A stretch of DNA of 50,389 nucleotides from an uncultured Clostridium sp. (GCA_964634355.1 CAZWIF010000001.1:1-50389), one strand, 5' to 3'. Shown: positions 16,501-27,004, counted from the stretch's first letter. The notes: a model not told the origin generated them from the letters alone. Program-made: numbers and translations.

Positions 16501-17800
16501 ATTTTTATTGGATATTGAAAATTTTGAAATATTACCTGAAGAATATTCAGATGAACAATTAGCAACGGTAGAGATTTATGTCTGCCACGATGGTAATAAT
16601 AGACATGGTATTCCTATATCAAGAGAGGCACTAGTTAATGCTAAAGATACTTTAAAAAACAAGTTCTTGGTTGCGGGATTTGATGGGAATGATTTTGAAG
16701 GTCATGAACCAGATGAGATGATAGTGGGTTTCTTTCCAGAAAGTTCAAAAATGAAATTTGAAAAGAGAAAAGGAAGAACTTATTTAGTTGCTCAAGCCAT
16801 AATGTCTAAAGTTTATGCTAAGTGGGCGTATGATATTTTTAAAGAAAAAGGAAACCAAAGAGATGTTTCGATGGAAATAACTGTTCTAAGAGGACAAGTT
16901 GATGAAAACGATAACTTATTAACCATAGATGAATTTGTATTTAATGGTGTTACCATTTTAGGACTAAACCACGTACCTGCCTGTGAAGGCAGCAGTGCAT
17001 CTATAATCAAATTTGACTGTGAAAATGCACTAAAAGTTTATAATGAACACTGTGATAATACTACTATGGTGGAATTTTCAGGAAAGGAGGAGACAGGTAC
17101 AATGGAAAAAACTAAAAAAATAGTCGATGAAGTTGAAGTTGAAGCTGAAACTAAAGAGGACGAAAAAGTTGAAGATGAAACTAAAACTAAAGAAGACGAT
17201 GAAACTATGTATTCTGAAGATGATAAATCAGAGGATAAAGATGATGATTCAGAAGATTCAGAAGAAGAAGATGAATCTAAGGAAGATGTAGAAGAAAAAG
17301 TAGATAACGAAGCTAAATCTGATGAAGTTGAGAACGTTGAAAAAGAATGTAAGAATGAATCAGATGTAGAAGATGTTGAAAAAGAATGCAAAAATGAAAG
17401 TGACGAAAATCTTCCTACTGAAAATTGTGAAACTGATGAACCTGAGGAAGAAGAAAATTCTGAGACTGTCAAGGCAGAAAGAGATTCTTTAAAGAAAGAA
17501 TGTGAGGTTCTAAGAGACAAAGTTGCAAAATATGAAGCTAAAGAAAAATCATTAAAAGTAGAAAGTATCATTTCTAGTGTAGTTGATTTATTTAGTGCAG
17601 ATGAAATTTCAGAGTTAAGAGAAGAGTCTAAGAAATATTCATTAGATGAATTACATATCTTCGATAATGAAGTAAAAGCTAGAGCTTTTGATAAAGTTAA
17701 ATCAAAAGATAAAAAAATCGAAGATAAGAATTTTACAAAAATGGCTGTTAACGATGTTTTAGATAAACAAGAAAGTACATCTAAATATACGTGGAAATAA
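16493..17800 (+). CDS. XkdF-like prohead protease/scaffold fusion with an acidic repeat region and a C-terminal coiled coil (435 aa)
   Basis: Lies between portal and capsid. The N-terminal CHDGNNRHGIPISREAL resembles the XkdF-type domain. The acidic linker is followed by a K/E-rich helical tail. Confidence 0.45.
   Translation: MDKFLLDIENFEILPEEYSDEQLATVEIYVCHDGNNRHGIPISREALVNAKDTLKNKFLVAGFDGNDFEGHEPDEMIVGFFPESSKMKFEKRKGRTYLVAQAIMSKVYAKWAYDIFKEKGNQRDVSMEITVLRGQVDENDNLLTIDEFVFNGVTILGLNHVPACEGSSASIIKFDCENALKVYNEHCDNTTMVEFSGKEETGTMEKTKKIVDEVEVEAETKEDEKVEDETKTKEDDETMYSEDDKSEDKDDDSEDSEEEDESKEDVEEKVDNEAKSDEVENVEKECKNESDVEDVEKECKNESDENLPTENCETDEPEEEENSETVKAERDSLKKECEVLRDKVAKYEAKEKSLKVESIISSVVDLFSADEISELREESKKYSLDELHIFDNEVKARAFDKVKSKDKKIEDKNFTKMAVNDVLDKQESTSKYTWK
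17327..17404 (+). repeat. Two tandem 39-nt units encoding VE(N/D)VEKECKNESD
   Basis: Direct reading gives GTTGAGAACGTTGAAAAAGAATGTAAGAATGAATCAGAT, then GTAGAAGATGTTGAAAAAGAATGCAAAAATGAAAGTGAC. Confidence 0.8.
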
Positions 17801-17827
17801 TTAAAATATTAGAAGGAGGAAATTCAA

Positions 17828-18355
17828 ATGAACGAAAAAATAGTATTAATACCAAGTTTAGTAGCTGCTAAAAATGTTGATTCATACAATGCAAGTTTTA
17901 TTGCTGAAACAGACATTGATAATGGTATGGTTTTCGCTGCTGGAGATTATAGCGACGAACAAGTTTATAGTGTAGCTGCTATTGGTGAAGACTTACACAA
18001 TATCTATATGGCATTTAGTCCAGAAGATACAATTATCACAGATGCTATGGGAAATGAATATAAAATTGGTATCAATGACCCAAGAACATTTACAAACGTA
18101 GCTGGAAAGGTTTTCAGTGCTTACAGACCACAAGTTGGAGATAAAATTTTAATTTCAGCTGCTGGTATCGATGGAGATGCTGCTGATTATGCAGTTGTTG
18201 CTGCTGGAACAAACAAATTGCAATATGCTAGTGCTGCTGTTGAAGGATTATCTTACAAGGTATTAAATGACAGTGATTACATTTCAATCGGTGGAGCAAC
18301 TAACATTGGTTCACAAAGAGTTGAAGCAGTATTATTAGAATGCGTTGCTATCTAA
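17828..18355 (+). CDS. Putative head decoration or auxiliary capsid protein (175 aa)
   Basis: Strong RBS GGAGGA. Codon usage looks highly expressed. Gly/Ala-rich and not helical. Lies directly upstream of the capsid gene. Confidence 0.35.
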   Translation: MNEKIVLIPSLVAAKNVDSYNASFIAETDIDNGMVFAAGDYSDEQVYSVAAIGEDLHNIYMAFSPEDTIITDAMGNEYKIGINDPRTFTNVAGKVFSAYRPQVGDKILISAAGIDGDAADYAVVAAGTNKLQYASAAVEGLSYKVLNDSDYISIGGATNIGSQRVEAVLLECVAI

Positions 18356-18411
18356 TAAAGAAAATAAAAAAACAATTTATAAAATAAGAATATTAGAAGG
18401 AGGAATATAAA

Positions 18412-19503
18412 ATGAGATTACCAAATAGTGTTTTAGCATTCACAGCAAATGATGAAGATAGAAAGAACGCTTATTCAAAATTTGTTGAATATTATGAATC
18501 ATATATAAATGGTAAAAAGAGTAGTGCTGCTGGTACTACATTTGAAGAAATGAATAGTAAAATGTTAGAATTCTATACAGATGAAATCGAAAGAATGTCA
18601 GGAAGAAAAGTCAGTGATTATAATGATTTAGCTCAATTCTGCAACTTCTCTGATGTTAAAGAATCTGCATTTGCTATTATTGGTATGATTACTGATTTAA
18701 TTATACCTGATGCTTTAATCAAAGACTTAGGAGTTATTGCAGAAGTTAAAAATGGTTCTTGGGGAGACACTTTAAAAGTTGAAATTGAACCAAGAGATTT
18801 ATTTATTGTTGCTAAAGGTGGAAGAGCAAGAAGAGATTTTGATATAACTAGACAATTTAAGGGAGAAAAAACTGTAGTTCCTGAAGTACACGCAATTTCT
18901 GTAGGTATTTCTTTATATGATGTTTTAAGAGGAGCTTATACATTAGCTGAATTTGTAAGAAAAGCTGTTATGTCTATTGAAACTCAAATGAGATATGATA
19001 TTTATGACGCTTTTGCTGCTATGATGGACAATCTACCAACTGCTGGTTCAGCTGCATTAAAATTAACTGGATGGAATCAAGATTCTGCTATAGCATTAGC
19101 TCAAAAAGTTAGTGCTTGGAACGGTGGAAGACAAGCTATCTTCTTAGGAACTAAATTGGCATTATCAAAAATCTTACCTGCATCTACAAATACTAGAATC
19201 TTATTAGGAGATGAATACGTTAAAGTTGGTTACTTAAGAGATTTCTTCGGAATTTCTTGTGTAGAATTAGAACAAGTTGCTGATTACAAAACTGAATTTG
19301 CAGTTAAATTAGACGACACTAAAATCTATGTTTTATGCCCAGGTACTGATAAATTAGTTAAAGTATTCGTTGAAGGTTCTACATTAGCAAATAATGAAAC
19401 TAACTTCTATAATGCAAACTTACAACAAGTTGCTACATTATATAAATCTTATGGTGTTGGTGCATTTACTTCAGCTTTAGCTGGTGAAATTGCTCTATCT
19501 TAA
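18412..19503 (+). CDS. Major capsid protein (363 aa)
   Basis: Position, size and strong RBS GAAGGAGG, followed by the strongest terminator in the window. Confidence 0.6.
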   Translation: MRLPNSVLAFTANDEDRKNAYSKFVEYYESYINGKKSSAAGTTFEEMNSKMLEFYTDEIERMSGRKVSDYNDLAQFCNFSDVKESAFAIIGMITDLIIPDALIKDLGVIAEVKNGSWGDTLKVEIEPRDLFIVAKGGRARRDFDITRQFKGEKTVVPEVHAISVGISLYDVLRGAYTLAEFVRKAVMSIETQMRYDIYDAFAAMMDNLPTAGSAALKLTGWNQDSAIALAQKVSAWNGGRQAIFLGTKLALSKILPASTNTRILLGDEYVKVGYLRDFFGISCVELEQVADYKTEFAVKLDDTKIYVLCPGTDKLVKVFVEGSTLANNETNFYNANLQQVATLYKSYGVGAFTSALAGEIALS

Positions 19504-19530
19504 TTTGATTTATATTAACAGATATATATT

Positions 19531-19568
19531 GAGGGGTAATGAAATTAATTTCATCCCCTCTTATTTTT
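19531..19568 (+). terminator. Rho-independent terminator after the capsid gene
   Basis: GAGGGGTAATGAAAT-TA-ATTTCATCCCCTC, about 13 bp with one bulge, followed by TTATTTTT. Confidence 0.75.
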
Positions 19569-19591
19569 AGTAAAAAAGGAGAGATAATATT

Positions 19592-20260
19592 ATGACTACT
19601 ACTACAAAAAAGAATAGTACAGTTAAAAAAGAGGAAACAAGTAAAGATGAATACACAATGAATTTAGAAAATCGTATTTCTGAATTAGAGGAATTAATTA
19701 AAGGTATGGCTACTGATACTAAAACAGCTAGCGAGCCAACAGTAAATAACATCACTCAATATATCGGAGATAATAATAAAGATGTGGTTTTGACGTCGTT
19801 AACAGTTGGTCAATTAAATTTATCAACCGAAGGGTATGGGCAAGGTGTTGTTTACACATTTGAAGAAATAGGAGAACAACAGTCTATCCCTTATGATGAC
19901 GTAAAAAAAATCATAAAGAATAATAAAGCTTTTATTGAGGGAGGAAATGTATTCATTAATGACGATGAAGTAATTAAAAGTCAAAGATTAGAAAACATTT
20001 ATAAGAAACTATTAAGTTATGATGGAATGTTTGATTTATTAAATAAAGATAGAAAAGCATTCAAAAAAGTTTTTAGTGGTATGACTAAAAATCAAAAAGA
20101 AAATTTAAAAGGAATTATATTTGATAAATTAACAAAAGATTCATCTAGTGTCGATATGAATATCGTTCAAGTTATGAATGAGGATATGAATATAGACATT
20201 ATGAATGAAGTTAAAAATGCAAAAGATTTAATGGATTATATGAAAAGTGACAAGAACTAG
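19592..20260 (+). CDS. Hypothetical head-associated protein (222 aa)
   Basis: RBS AAGGAGAG. Located in the late operon. Confidence 0.5.
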   Translation: MTTTTKKNSTVKKEETSKDEYTMNLENRISELEELIKGMATDTKTASEPTVNNITQYIGDNNKDVVLTSLTVGQLNLSTEGYGQGVVYTFEEIGEQQSIPYDDVKKIIKNNKAFIEGGNVFINDDEVIKSQRLENIYKKLLSYDGMFDLLNKDRKAFKKVFSGMTKNQKENLKGIIFDKLTKDSSSVDMNIVQVMNEDMNIDIMNEVKNAKDLMDYMKSDKN

Positions 20261-20271
20261 GAGGGGTATAT

Positions 20272-20793
20272 ATGGAAGATGAAGTATTAACTCCAACAGA
20301 AGAAACTGATGAAGAAAATACTGCAGAAAATGAAGAAATAATAGAAACTACTTCATACGATGATATAATTGACCTCGCTTTAGTATCCATTGAGGATTAT
20401 CACTTGAATAGATTGGCGGTGGCTTCACCAAAAGATTTCAATATAGTTTTAGAAGGTTTTATGATTAGAGGATTGGCGAATTTTGAAAATTGTAGACAGG
20501 ATTTATCTGATAGAGACAATTCAGCTAGAGTATTTAATTGTGTTTTAACTGACATAGAAAAAAGTATTATAGCTGATTATACTGTTATAGCTTGGCTTGA
20601 TAAAGAAATAAATGATGTTAGACAAATTACTGGTATGATGCAAAATAATAAAGAAGCACATAGATATTCAGAAGCCAATAACCTTAACGCAAAAATAAAT
20701 AGAAGAAACCAATTAATTGAAGAGGTTGCTACTAAAAAAACTACTTATAGTTTTAGCAAATCTAATTGGTTAAATAAGTGGGCATTAGATTAA
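20272..20793 (+). CDS. Putative head-tail connector/adaptor (173 aa)
   Basis: Positional assignment only. RBS GGAGGGG. Confidence 0.4.
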   Translation: MEDEVLTPTEETDEENTAENEEIIETTSYDDIIDLALVSIEDYHLNRLAVASPKDFNIVLEGFMIRGLANFENCRQDLSDRDNSARVFNCVLTDIEKSIIADYTVIAWLDKEINDVRQITGMMQNNKEAHRYSEANNLNAKINRRNQLIEEVATKKTTYSFSKSNWLNKWALD

Positions 20794-20794
20794 A

Positions 20795-21160
20795 ATGAAA
20801 TATGATTTTAATTTAGATGATAAAACTACACTAGATTCTTTAACTATATTAATAAATCAATGTTGGAAAACATTACCTATTTTTGAAGGAAAAAATAAAA
20901 ATAGTGAAATCGCATATTCCCGTGATGAGGCTTATAAAAATTATCAAAAACATCTTACTTTTTTAAGCACCAAATTAATAGGTGCAAGTGAATTATGGAA
21001 AGATAATCAATATTATGTGGAATTACTTTATATGATAGAAGGAATGAAAAGTTTTAGTCCTGAGGAGCATGATAGAGTTAAATATATAGTAAACCATTGT
21101 ACCAATCTTATCAATAATATGAAAGATGAGGTTATGAAAGATGGCACTCAAGTATTATAA
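20795..21160 (+). CDS. Hypothetical head-tail joining protein (121 aa)
   Basis: Positional assignment only. Confidence 0.4.
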   Translation: MKYDFNLDDKTTLDSLTILINQCWKTLPIFEGKNKNSEIAYSRDEAYKNYQKHLTFLSTKLIGASELWKDNQYYVELLYMIEGMKSFSPEEHDRVKYIVNHCTNLINNMKDEVMKDGTQVL

Positions 21161-22430
21161 TGCAACTCAATCTACTAGGATAACAAACCCTACACAAGCT
21201 TATTATAATGATTTTGTTGCAATAAGTGACCAAACGTTTGATAATGCTCCAAATGTTAAATATAATGAGATTCAATATGAAGTTCATTATGGGAAAAGGG
21301 ATTTTAAACCAATTCCAATGGTTAGGGTTGAGCCTATTGTTAATTATAATACAGGCATTCAAGTAGGAGATGATTATCAAACATTTATTTTTACCCCAGA
21401 TTTCCCAGAACCATATTATGGTATGAAATTTAAATGGGGAAGAAATTATTATTTAGTTGTAAATGTTGATAGCGGTTCTGGATTGTCTACTAGTGCAGAA
21501 GTAAGAAGATGTAATAATACATTAAGGTTTTTTGATGATAATGGGAATAGGATATATGAACCTTGCATTTTAGACCAAACGTTAAGATTCACAAATAATA
21601 ATGATACTATGACGATTGTTACTGGTAAAGGTGAACAATATGTATGGTGCCAACGCAATAGCAGGACTGTTAAAATAAAACCTAATGATAGATTTTTATT
21701 TGGTGTTCCAGAACAAAGAATTGGATTTAGATTATATGTTGGTGGTTTAGGAAACTCTCTTAATACGATAACGGGAGATGACCATTCTCCAACTCTAACT
21801 CAATTTTATATGGAAGAATATGAAATAAATTATCAAGAAGATGACATAGAAAATGGTTTTGCTAGCGTGGAGAGATATGAATATAGTATTGATATAAGTG
21901 AAAATAACACTTATTATGATATTGGTGCTACAGCTACTTTAAATGCTGTTATTTATAGAGGAAAAGAAGTGGTAGATAAAAATGTTATTTGGGCTTCTTC
22001 CGATGAAGATATTATTTCTATTAATGATGGGGTCTTGACTGCTTTATCTGCAGGTGAGGTTACATTATATGCTACTATGGAAGATAATAAAAATATTTAT
22101 GGTTCTATAAATATTACGGTTTTAGATTCAGAATCAGAGGAAGATATATATAATATATTAATTACTCCAGATATAAATTATGTTTTAGAAGGAGAGACTA
22201 TTTCTATAACTGCTAACTTATATAAAAATGGTATTAAGCAAGACGATATATTGACTATTGTAGATGTTAGTGAGAATGTCCCTAGACAAAATTATAGGTT
22301 GACTATTGATAATAATACATTTACAATTGAAAATAAGCAAAAATTCTTAAAAAATAAAGTGAAAGTACAATGCTCATATAATAATGAACTATATGAAACA
22401 TTTGAATTCACATTGAGGGGGTTATATTAA
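21141..22430 (+). CDS. Structural protein with two C-terminal Big_2-like Ig domains (429 aa)
   Basis: ATLNAVIYRGKEVVDKNVIWASSDEDIISINDGVLTALSAGEVTLYATMEDNKNIYGSINITV is a typical Big_2 pattern. A second, similar module follows. Confidence 0.55.
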   Translation: MALKYYNATQSTRITNPTQAYYNDFVAISDQTFDNAPNVKYNEIQYEVHYGKRDFKPIPMVRVEPIVNYNTGIQVGDDYQTFIFTPDFPEPYYGMKFKWGRNYYLVVNVDSGSGLSTSAEVRRCNNTLRFFDDNGNRIYEPCILDQTLRFTNNNDTMTIVTGKGEQYVWCQRNSRTVKIKPNDRFLFGVPEQRIGFRLYVGGLGNSLNTITGDDHSPTLTQFYMEEYEINYQEDDIENGFASVERYEYSIDISENNTYYDIGATATLNAVIYRGKEVVDKNVIWASSDEDIISINDGVLTALSAGEVTLYATMEDNKNIYGSINITVLDSESEEDIYNILITPDINYVLEGETISITANLYKNGIKQDDILTIVDVSENVPRQNYRLTIDNNTFTIENKQKFLKNKVKVQCSYNNELYETFEFTLRGLY

Positions 22431-22987
22431 TGGTTGATATGAAAGCTGTTAAAAATGCTTATGCAACATATAATGTAATGCCAGAAATAAGTTATAAAAT
22501 TATAGAACATTTGATGACAAATCCAAAAGCTGAAATTATATGGAAATTATTGAAATATAATGATGCTGATGCTTGGAATAAAGATAATCTTACAAAAGCC
22601 GAAAAGGCATCTATGATATATGATGGAGTTGGAGCACAAGATGACTTCAATGTATTTCTTGATTATTTTATGGATGAATCTACTAATAAAGAAAAAAGCT
22701 TTTTAAGAATTTATCCTGCTCAAGTATTTCCTACTACTAGAACATATGGAATTGTTTGTGTTAATATAGAAGTATTTATACATTCTCAAATAAATCATTT
22801 ATCAAATTATACCACTAGATTAGATACTATAATTCAAAAATTATTAGAAGTATTAAATGGCTGTGACGTAAATGGAGTTGGAGTCTTATACTTTGATGCT
22901 AGCGTTACTACATATAATCGTATTATAACTACTGGTGAAAAACCATATAAAGGTAAAGTAATTACTATGGGGGTTAATTTGTCATAA
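22430..22987 (+). CDS. Hypothetical neck/tail-completion protein (185 aa)
   Basis: Positional assignment. ATG overlaps the upstream stop. Confidence 0.4.
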   Translation: MVDMKAVKNAYATYNVMPEISYKIIEHLMTNPKAEIIWKLLKYNDADAWNKDNLTKAEKASMIYDGVGAQDDFNVFLDYFMDESTNKEKSFLRIYPAQVFPTTRTYGIVCVNIEVFIHSQINHLSNYTTRLDTIIQKLLEVLNGCDVNGVGVLYFDASVTTYNRIITTGEKPYKGKVITMGVNLS

Positions 22988-23754
22988 TGAATAATATAAA
23001 AGAATATGACTTTTATTTATTTTATGATAAACCTATACCTTATAAAGATTTATTAATTTATCCTGTTACTATGGATAAATATTTGGATTTTCATTTTTAT
23101 ATTAATTGTTTATTATTAGATAAAAATAGCATTCCAAATCCAGAAGTTATATCAATGACATATTTACAATTTTTGTATTATATGGCTAGTACGACTGAGT
23201 TACCATATTTGTATATGTTTAAGGAACTGTTAAAAATGGTTTTGCATATAGATGATGATAGCTCTTTTTGGTTTGGAACAGATTCAAATGGTAAAGCTAT
23301 CTTTAAAATAAATGAAATCATTTACAATTCTGATGATTGTGATAAAATAACTGATATTATTTTTATGCAAAATAGTATAGAACATATAGATGAAACTATT
23401 CAAAAAGAAGTAAGAGACGCAATGGATAAAGCAAAGGTCTATAAAATGAAACAAAACGCATATAAGATGTGTTCTTTAGAAGACCAAATGATATGCGTCT
23501 TAATATCAACACCTTTAAAAATGCAAGATATTTATGACTTAACTATTAGAAAGTTTAGTAAAATATTGGAACGTGTTGACCATAAATTGCATTATGAAAT
23601 TTATTTAAGTGCAGAAATGTCTGGTATGGTTAAGTTTAAAAACGAAAATCAAATCCAACATTGGATGGCAGATTTAACAAAATCAGATAATTATGAAGAT
23701 GTTAAAGTTGATGCCGATGAAATGCACCATAAAATAGATGATATAAATAAATAA
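22987..23754 (+). CDS. Hypothetical structural protein (255 aa)
   Basis: Positional assignment. TAATG overlap with the upstream gene. Confidence 0.4.
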   Translation: MNNIKEYDFYLFYDKPIPYKDLLIYPVTMDKYLDFHFYINCLLLDKNSIPNPEVISMTYLQFLYYMASTTELPYLYMFKELLKMVLHIDDDSSFWFGTDSNGKAIFKINEIIYNSDDCDKITDIIFMQNSIEHIDETIQKEVRDAMDKAKVYKMKQNAYKMCSLEDQMICVLISTPLKMQDIYDLTIRKFSKILERVDHKLHYEIYLSAEMSGMVKFKNENQIQHWMADLTKSDNYEDVKVDADEMHHKIDDINK

Positions 23755-23777
23755 AATAAATGAAGGAGGATAAAAAT

Positions 23778-24818
23778 ATGAAAAAGTTTTTAGTATCAAC
23801 TGCGAATGTCTATGGTTACGATTCTGACGATAACTTACTATTCGTTGGTACTACATTAATGGACACATCTATTGAAACAACTTTATCAAATACAGATGTT
23901 CGTGCTGGACAAGGTAACCAATTACAATATATTTATTATCATACTGCTGAAATGAACATTACTATTAATGAAGCTCAGTTTTCTTTACCATATTTAGCAT
24001 TAAATGTAGGTTCTTCTATTACAACTGGTGCTAATATATGGACTACTGAAACTATATCAGTTGAAAATGGAGCTGGAACTGTTACTGGAACTCCATTAGC
24101 AATTTCTGGAACAACTTTATATGGTTGGGTTACCGATAAAGATGAAAATACTGAAAGAGTTACCTTTACAGGAAGTTCATTTGCTATGAGCGATAGTACA
24201 TATACTGGTGACGTTTGTGTAAGATATTATACAACTGATGCTGCTGCTCAACAAATAACTGTTTATGCAGATATGTTACCAAATACAATTAGATTAGTTA
24301 TGGAGGCTCAATTATGTAGCTCTGATTCTACAACAAATAGAATTGGTACATTACAAGTTGAAGTTCCAAGAGCATCAATGACCGGAGCATTTACATTATC
24401 AATGACTCCAGATGCAGTCGCTCAAACTCCATTAACAGTTAGAGCGTTATCATATACTCCAACAAATAATGGTGGATGTGATGCAAATAGACCAATATAT
24501 GCTCAAATAACTGAGATTCTATTTGATAGAAACTGGTATGACAATGTTATAGCATTAGCTATTGAAGGAGGAGATGCTTCATTAGTTGCAGGAGCAACAA
24601 AGACTTTAAAAGTATTTGCTATACCTAATGATGGAACTGCTGCATTCTTAGCACAAACATCTGCTATTACATTTAGTTCAGATGATGATACAAAAGCATC
24701 TGTAGATAATTCAGGAGTTGTAACTGCTGTAGCTGAAGGTTCAGCAACTATTAAAGCTACTATTACTGATAAACCAGAAATAGATGCTAACATAGTTGTT
24801 ACTGTAACAGCTGAATAA
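23778..24818 (+). CDS. Major tail (tube) protein with C-terminal Big_2-like Ig domain (346 aa)
   Basis: The ATG at 23778 follows GAAGGAGG. Codon usage looks highly expressed. The C-terminus ATKTLKVFAIPNDG...SVDNSGVVTAVAEGSATIKATI fits Big_2. Confidence 0.6.
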   Translation: MKKFLVSTANVYGYDSDDNLLFVGTTLMDTSIETTLSNTDVRAGQGNQLQYIYYHTAEMNITINEAQFSLPYLALNVGSSITTGANIWTTETISVENGAGTVTGTPLAISGTTLYGWVTDKDENTERVTFTGSSFAMSDSTYTGDVCVRYYTTDAAAQQITVYADMLPNTIRLVMEAQLCSSDSTTNRIGTLQVEVPRASMTGAFTLSMTPDAVAQTPLTVRALSYTPTNNGGCDANRPIYAQITEILFDRNWYDNVIALAIEGGDASLVAGATKTLKVFAIPNDGTAAFLAQTSAITFSSDDDTKASVDNSGVVTAVAEGSATIKATITDKPEIDANIVVTVTAE

Positions 24819-25004
24819 TTTTAGTTTATGGCTAAAACAAATTGTCAATATAGTCAATATAAAAAAACAGGTCTTGAGCAGAGTTTAACCTGCTCTTTGA
24901 CCGGTAAATATTGCACTAAGCAAAGGTATTGTCCTACTCAACGTAGGCTAGTTAATACTGGAGATTGGCAGACTTGTACTCAGTTAAAAAAGGAGGAACT
25001 ACAA

Positions 25005-25283
25005 ATGGCTAATAAAAAGAATACCAAAAAGGCTAATGTTAATGTTGAAAAAACAGTTCCCGTTGAAGAAACTGTTGAGACAAAAATAGTAGAAGAATCT
25101 ATAATTGATACAGAGGAAGAAGTTTCTGCTATCGAGGTAGAAGCCGTTGAGGTTAAAGAGGATTCTACTAAATATGAAATAATATTAGCAACTCCATCAT
25201 ATTATATAATTAATAAAGATGGTAAAAATATAACAATAAAAGAAATAAATAATTATAAGAAGGGGGACATTGTTACTTTATAA
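25005..25283 (+). CDS. Hypothetical acidic protein (92 aa). An alternative upstream start at 24828 would add a Cys-rich 59-aa extension.
   Basis: AGGAGG at 24991-24996 lies 8 nt before the ATG at 25005. The region 24868-24905 folds as GGTCTTGAGCAG/CTGCTCTTTGACC, so it may be non-coding. Confidence 0.45.
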   Translation: MANKKNTKKANVNVEKTVPVEETVETKIVEESIIDTEEEVSAIEVEAVEVKEDSTKYEIILATPSYYIINKDGKNITIKEINNYKKGDIVTL

Positions 25284-25312
25284 AGGAACGTACCCTTTCT
25301 TTTTTTTATTTT
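25282..25312 (+). terminator. Weak hairpin plus a long T-run
   Basis: AAAGG (25282-25286) / CCTTT (25294-25298), followed by CTTTTTTTTATTTTT. Confidence 0.4.
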
Positions 25313-25348
25313 TATAAATTTTAAAAAATGAAGAGGGAGCTAATATAT

Positions 25349-25783
25349 ATGGAACAAATTACAATTGGACAAATATTTAGCATCTTTGCAATACTGGCTG
25401 GTGCGATTGGTTCTATAGGTATCGTTGCTGGAGTCATTGTTAAATTTTGGAAATGGGCTAGCAAAAAAGAAATAAATCCCGTTCTTGATGAAATGGCTGC
25501 AATGGAAAAAAGAATGCTAAATGAAATTAATGCTGGGGGAGATTTAATCAACCAAAAGATAGATGGCTTGAAAAATGATATTAAATTGTTAGACATTAAT
25601 CAATGCAAAGATGTTATCATCAATTATATATCTGCTTTAGAACAAAATAGAAGCATAGATTCTTCTTTTGAGGAACGTGCTTATGAGGCTATGGACAGAT
25701 ATACAAACGTCCTACATCAAAACTCTTACATTCATAAAAGATGGGAAGAAGTTGTTGATAATATAAAGGACATTAAGGAGTAG
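25349..25783 (+). CDS. N-terminal single-TM protein with coiled-coil ectodomain (144 aa)
   Basis: TM segment IFSIFAILAGAIGSIGIVAGVIV. RBS AGAGGGAG lies before the ATG at 25349. Confidence 0.5.
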   Translation: MEQITIGQIFSIFAILAGAIGSIGIVAGVIVKFWKWASKKEINPVLDEMAAMEKRMLNEINAGGDLINQKIDGLKNDIKLLDINQCKDVIINYISALEQNRSIDSSFEERAYEAMDRYTNVLHQNSYIHKRWEEVVDNIKDIKE

Positions 25784-25790
25784 ATGAATA

Positions 25791-25931
25791 TTGGAAATCA
25801 TCGGTATATTTATAGCGTTAATAATTATAGGATTTGTAATAATCCCTGTATGTTTAAATTTATGTAAACAACAAATATGGGAATTTGTTAAAGAGAATAT
25901 AGAGAAAGATGCGAGATATAAAAAGATGGTG
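25791..25931 (+). CDS. Small single-TM protein (46 aa), below the ORF-track cutoff
   Basis: TTG at 25791 lies 10 nt after AAGGAG. Translation LEIIGIFIALIIIGFVIIPVCLNLCKQQIWEFVKENIEKDARYKRW. Confidence 0.3.
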
Positions 25932-25959
25932 AAAGATATGCTGAAAGGAAAAAAATGAG

Positions 25960-26499
25960 ATGGAGATTTTAGGAATTGATGCCGCAACTAAAAAGACCGG
26001 CTATAGTATTTTAAATTTTGAAACTGGTAATTTAGTTGATTATGGATTAATAGAAACTAGCTCTGTTGATGTTAGAGAAAGAATGAAGGAAATCTATTCT
26101 AATTTAAAAGAAATAATAATGAATAATAATAACATCAAGGTAGTTGTTGTTGAGGATATACCTGTTAATAATCATTCAAACTTAAAAACGGGTAAGGACT
26201 TATCAATACTACACGGAGTAATATTAGGGGTATGTTTTGAACAACACCTACCTTGTGTAGTTTATGCACCATCGAGTTGGCGTTCAGTTGTAGGGACTTA
26301 TGACGGAACTAGGCAAGGAATGAAAAGAAAAGTGCAAAAACAAGCCGCCGTAAAAAAGGTTAATGAAATATATAATTTAGATTTTAATTATTATGAGCGA
26401 GATACCAAGAAGAAGCAGAGTGATGATGACATAGCTGAGGCTATTATGATTGCTCGTGCTTTTTTTTTGGATGAAAAAGAAAACAAGGAGGAAGAATAA
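25960..26499 (+). CDS. RuvC-like Holliday-junction resolvase (179 aa)
   Basis: ILGIDAATKKTGYS (first catalytic Asp), VVVEDIP (Glu), and DDDIAEAIMIA (C-terminal acidic pair). Confidence 0.7.
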   Translation: MEILGIDAATKKTGYSILNFETGNLVDYGLIETSSVDVRERMKEIYSNLKEIIMNNNNIKVVVVEDIPVNNHSNLKTGKDLSILHGVILGVCFEQHLPCVVYAPSSWRSVVGTYDGTRQGMKRKVQKQAAVKKVNEIYNLDFNYYERDTKKKQSDDDIAEAIMIARAFFLDEKENKEEE

Positions 26500-26500
26500 T

Positions 26501-27004
26501 ATGGAAAAAATTGAAAGAAATGGAGTTTCAGTTGAATTAAAAAAAGATTATCTTACTGGTGGACAAATAACCAATTTAATTTCCGAAGTAATGAAAATAT
26601 ATACCAACGGGGAATTTATTGAAGGATATTCTTTTAATCCTGTTGATATGGAAATGAATTTTTATGCTGGATTGTTTTATTACACAATTGAAGGTTACAG
26701 CACAGAAGATAATGAAAAATTTGAAGAGTTTTTTAGTGCCGGGATACATAAAGAATTATTAGAAAGGGTTGAAAATGCTCAACTTGCATACGATTTAATG
26801 TGGAAAAGTGCTAAAGAAGTTAGTAATTCAATCGGTATGATTTTGAATAAAATTAAAAGTTTTCTTGATAAATTACCAGAGCAAGAAGATTTAAATAAAT
26901 TAATGGATAAATTACCAGAAGAATGGAAAGCCATTAAAGATGAATATGACGAAATTATTGGAAAAAATTTAGAAGATAATGAAGTTGAGGGGGACAAGGA
27001 ATAA
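26501..27004 (+). CDS. Hypothetical protein (167 aa), possible tail assembly chaperone
   Basis: The ATG at 26501 follows AAGGAGGAAG. The function is a positional guess. Confidence 0.4.
   Translation: MEKIERNGVSVELKKDYLTGGQITNLISEVMKIYTNGEFIEGYSFNPVDMEMNFYAGLFYYTIEGYSTEDNEKFEEFFSAGIHKELLERVENAQLAYDLMWKSAKEVSNSIGMILNKIKSFLDKLPEQEDLNKLMDKLPEEWKAIKDEYDEIIGKNLEDNEVEGDKE

Noticed and set aside
17038-17571. 177-aa Ser-rich ORF on the - strand. Similar antisense ORFs occur at 3018-3302, 10062-10496, 24503-24793, 27625-28224, 32882-33094, 34202-34396, 34772-35071, 37002-37313, 43358-43594 and 49379-49678.
   Set aside because: All lie antisense inside well-supported + strand genes. They lack RBSs and have the low-complexity composition expected from reading GAA/GAT-rich codons backwards.
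24819-25004. Possible tRNA, structured RNA or Cys-rich leader between the tail-tube gene and the ATG at 25005.
   Set aside because: There is no cloverleaf and no GTTCRANYC T-loop. Only one imperfect hairpin (24868-24905) is present. It is kept as an alternative 5' extension of CDS 25005-25283.
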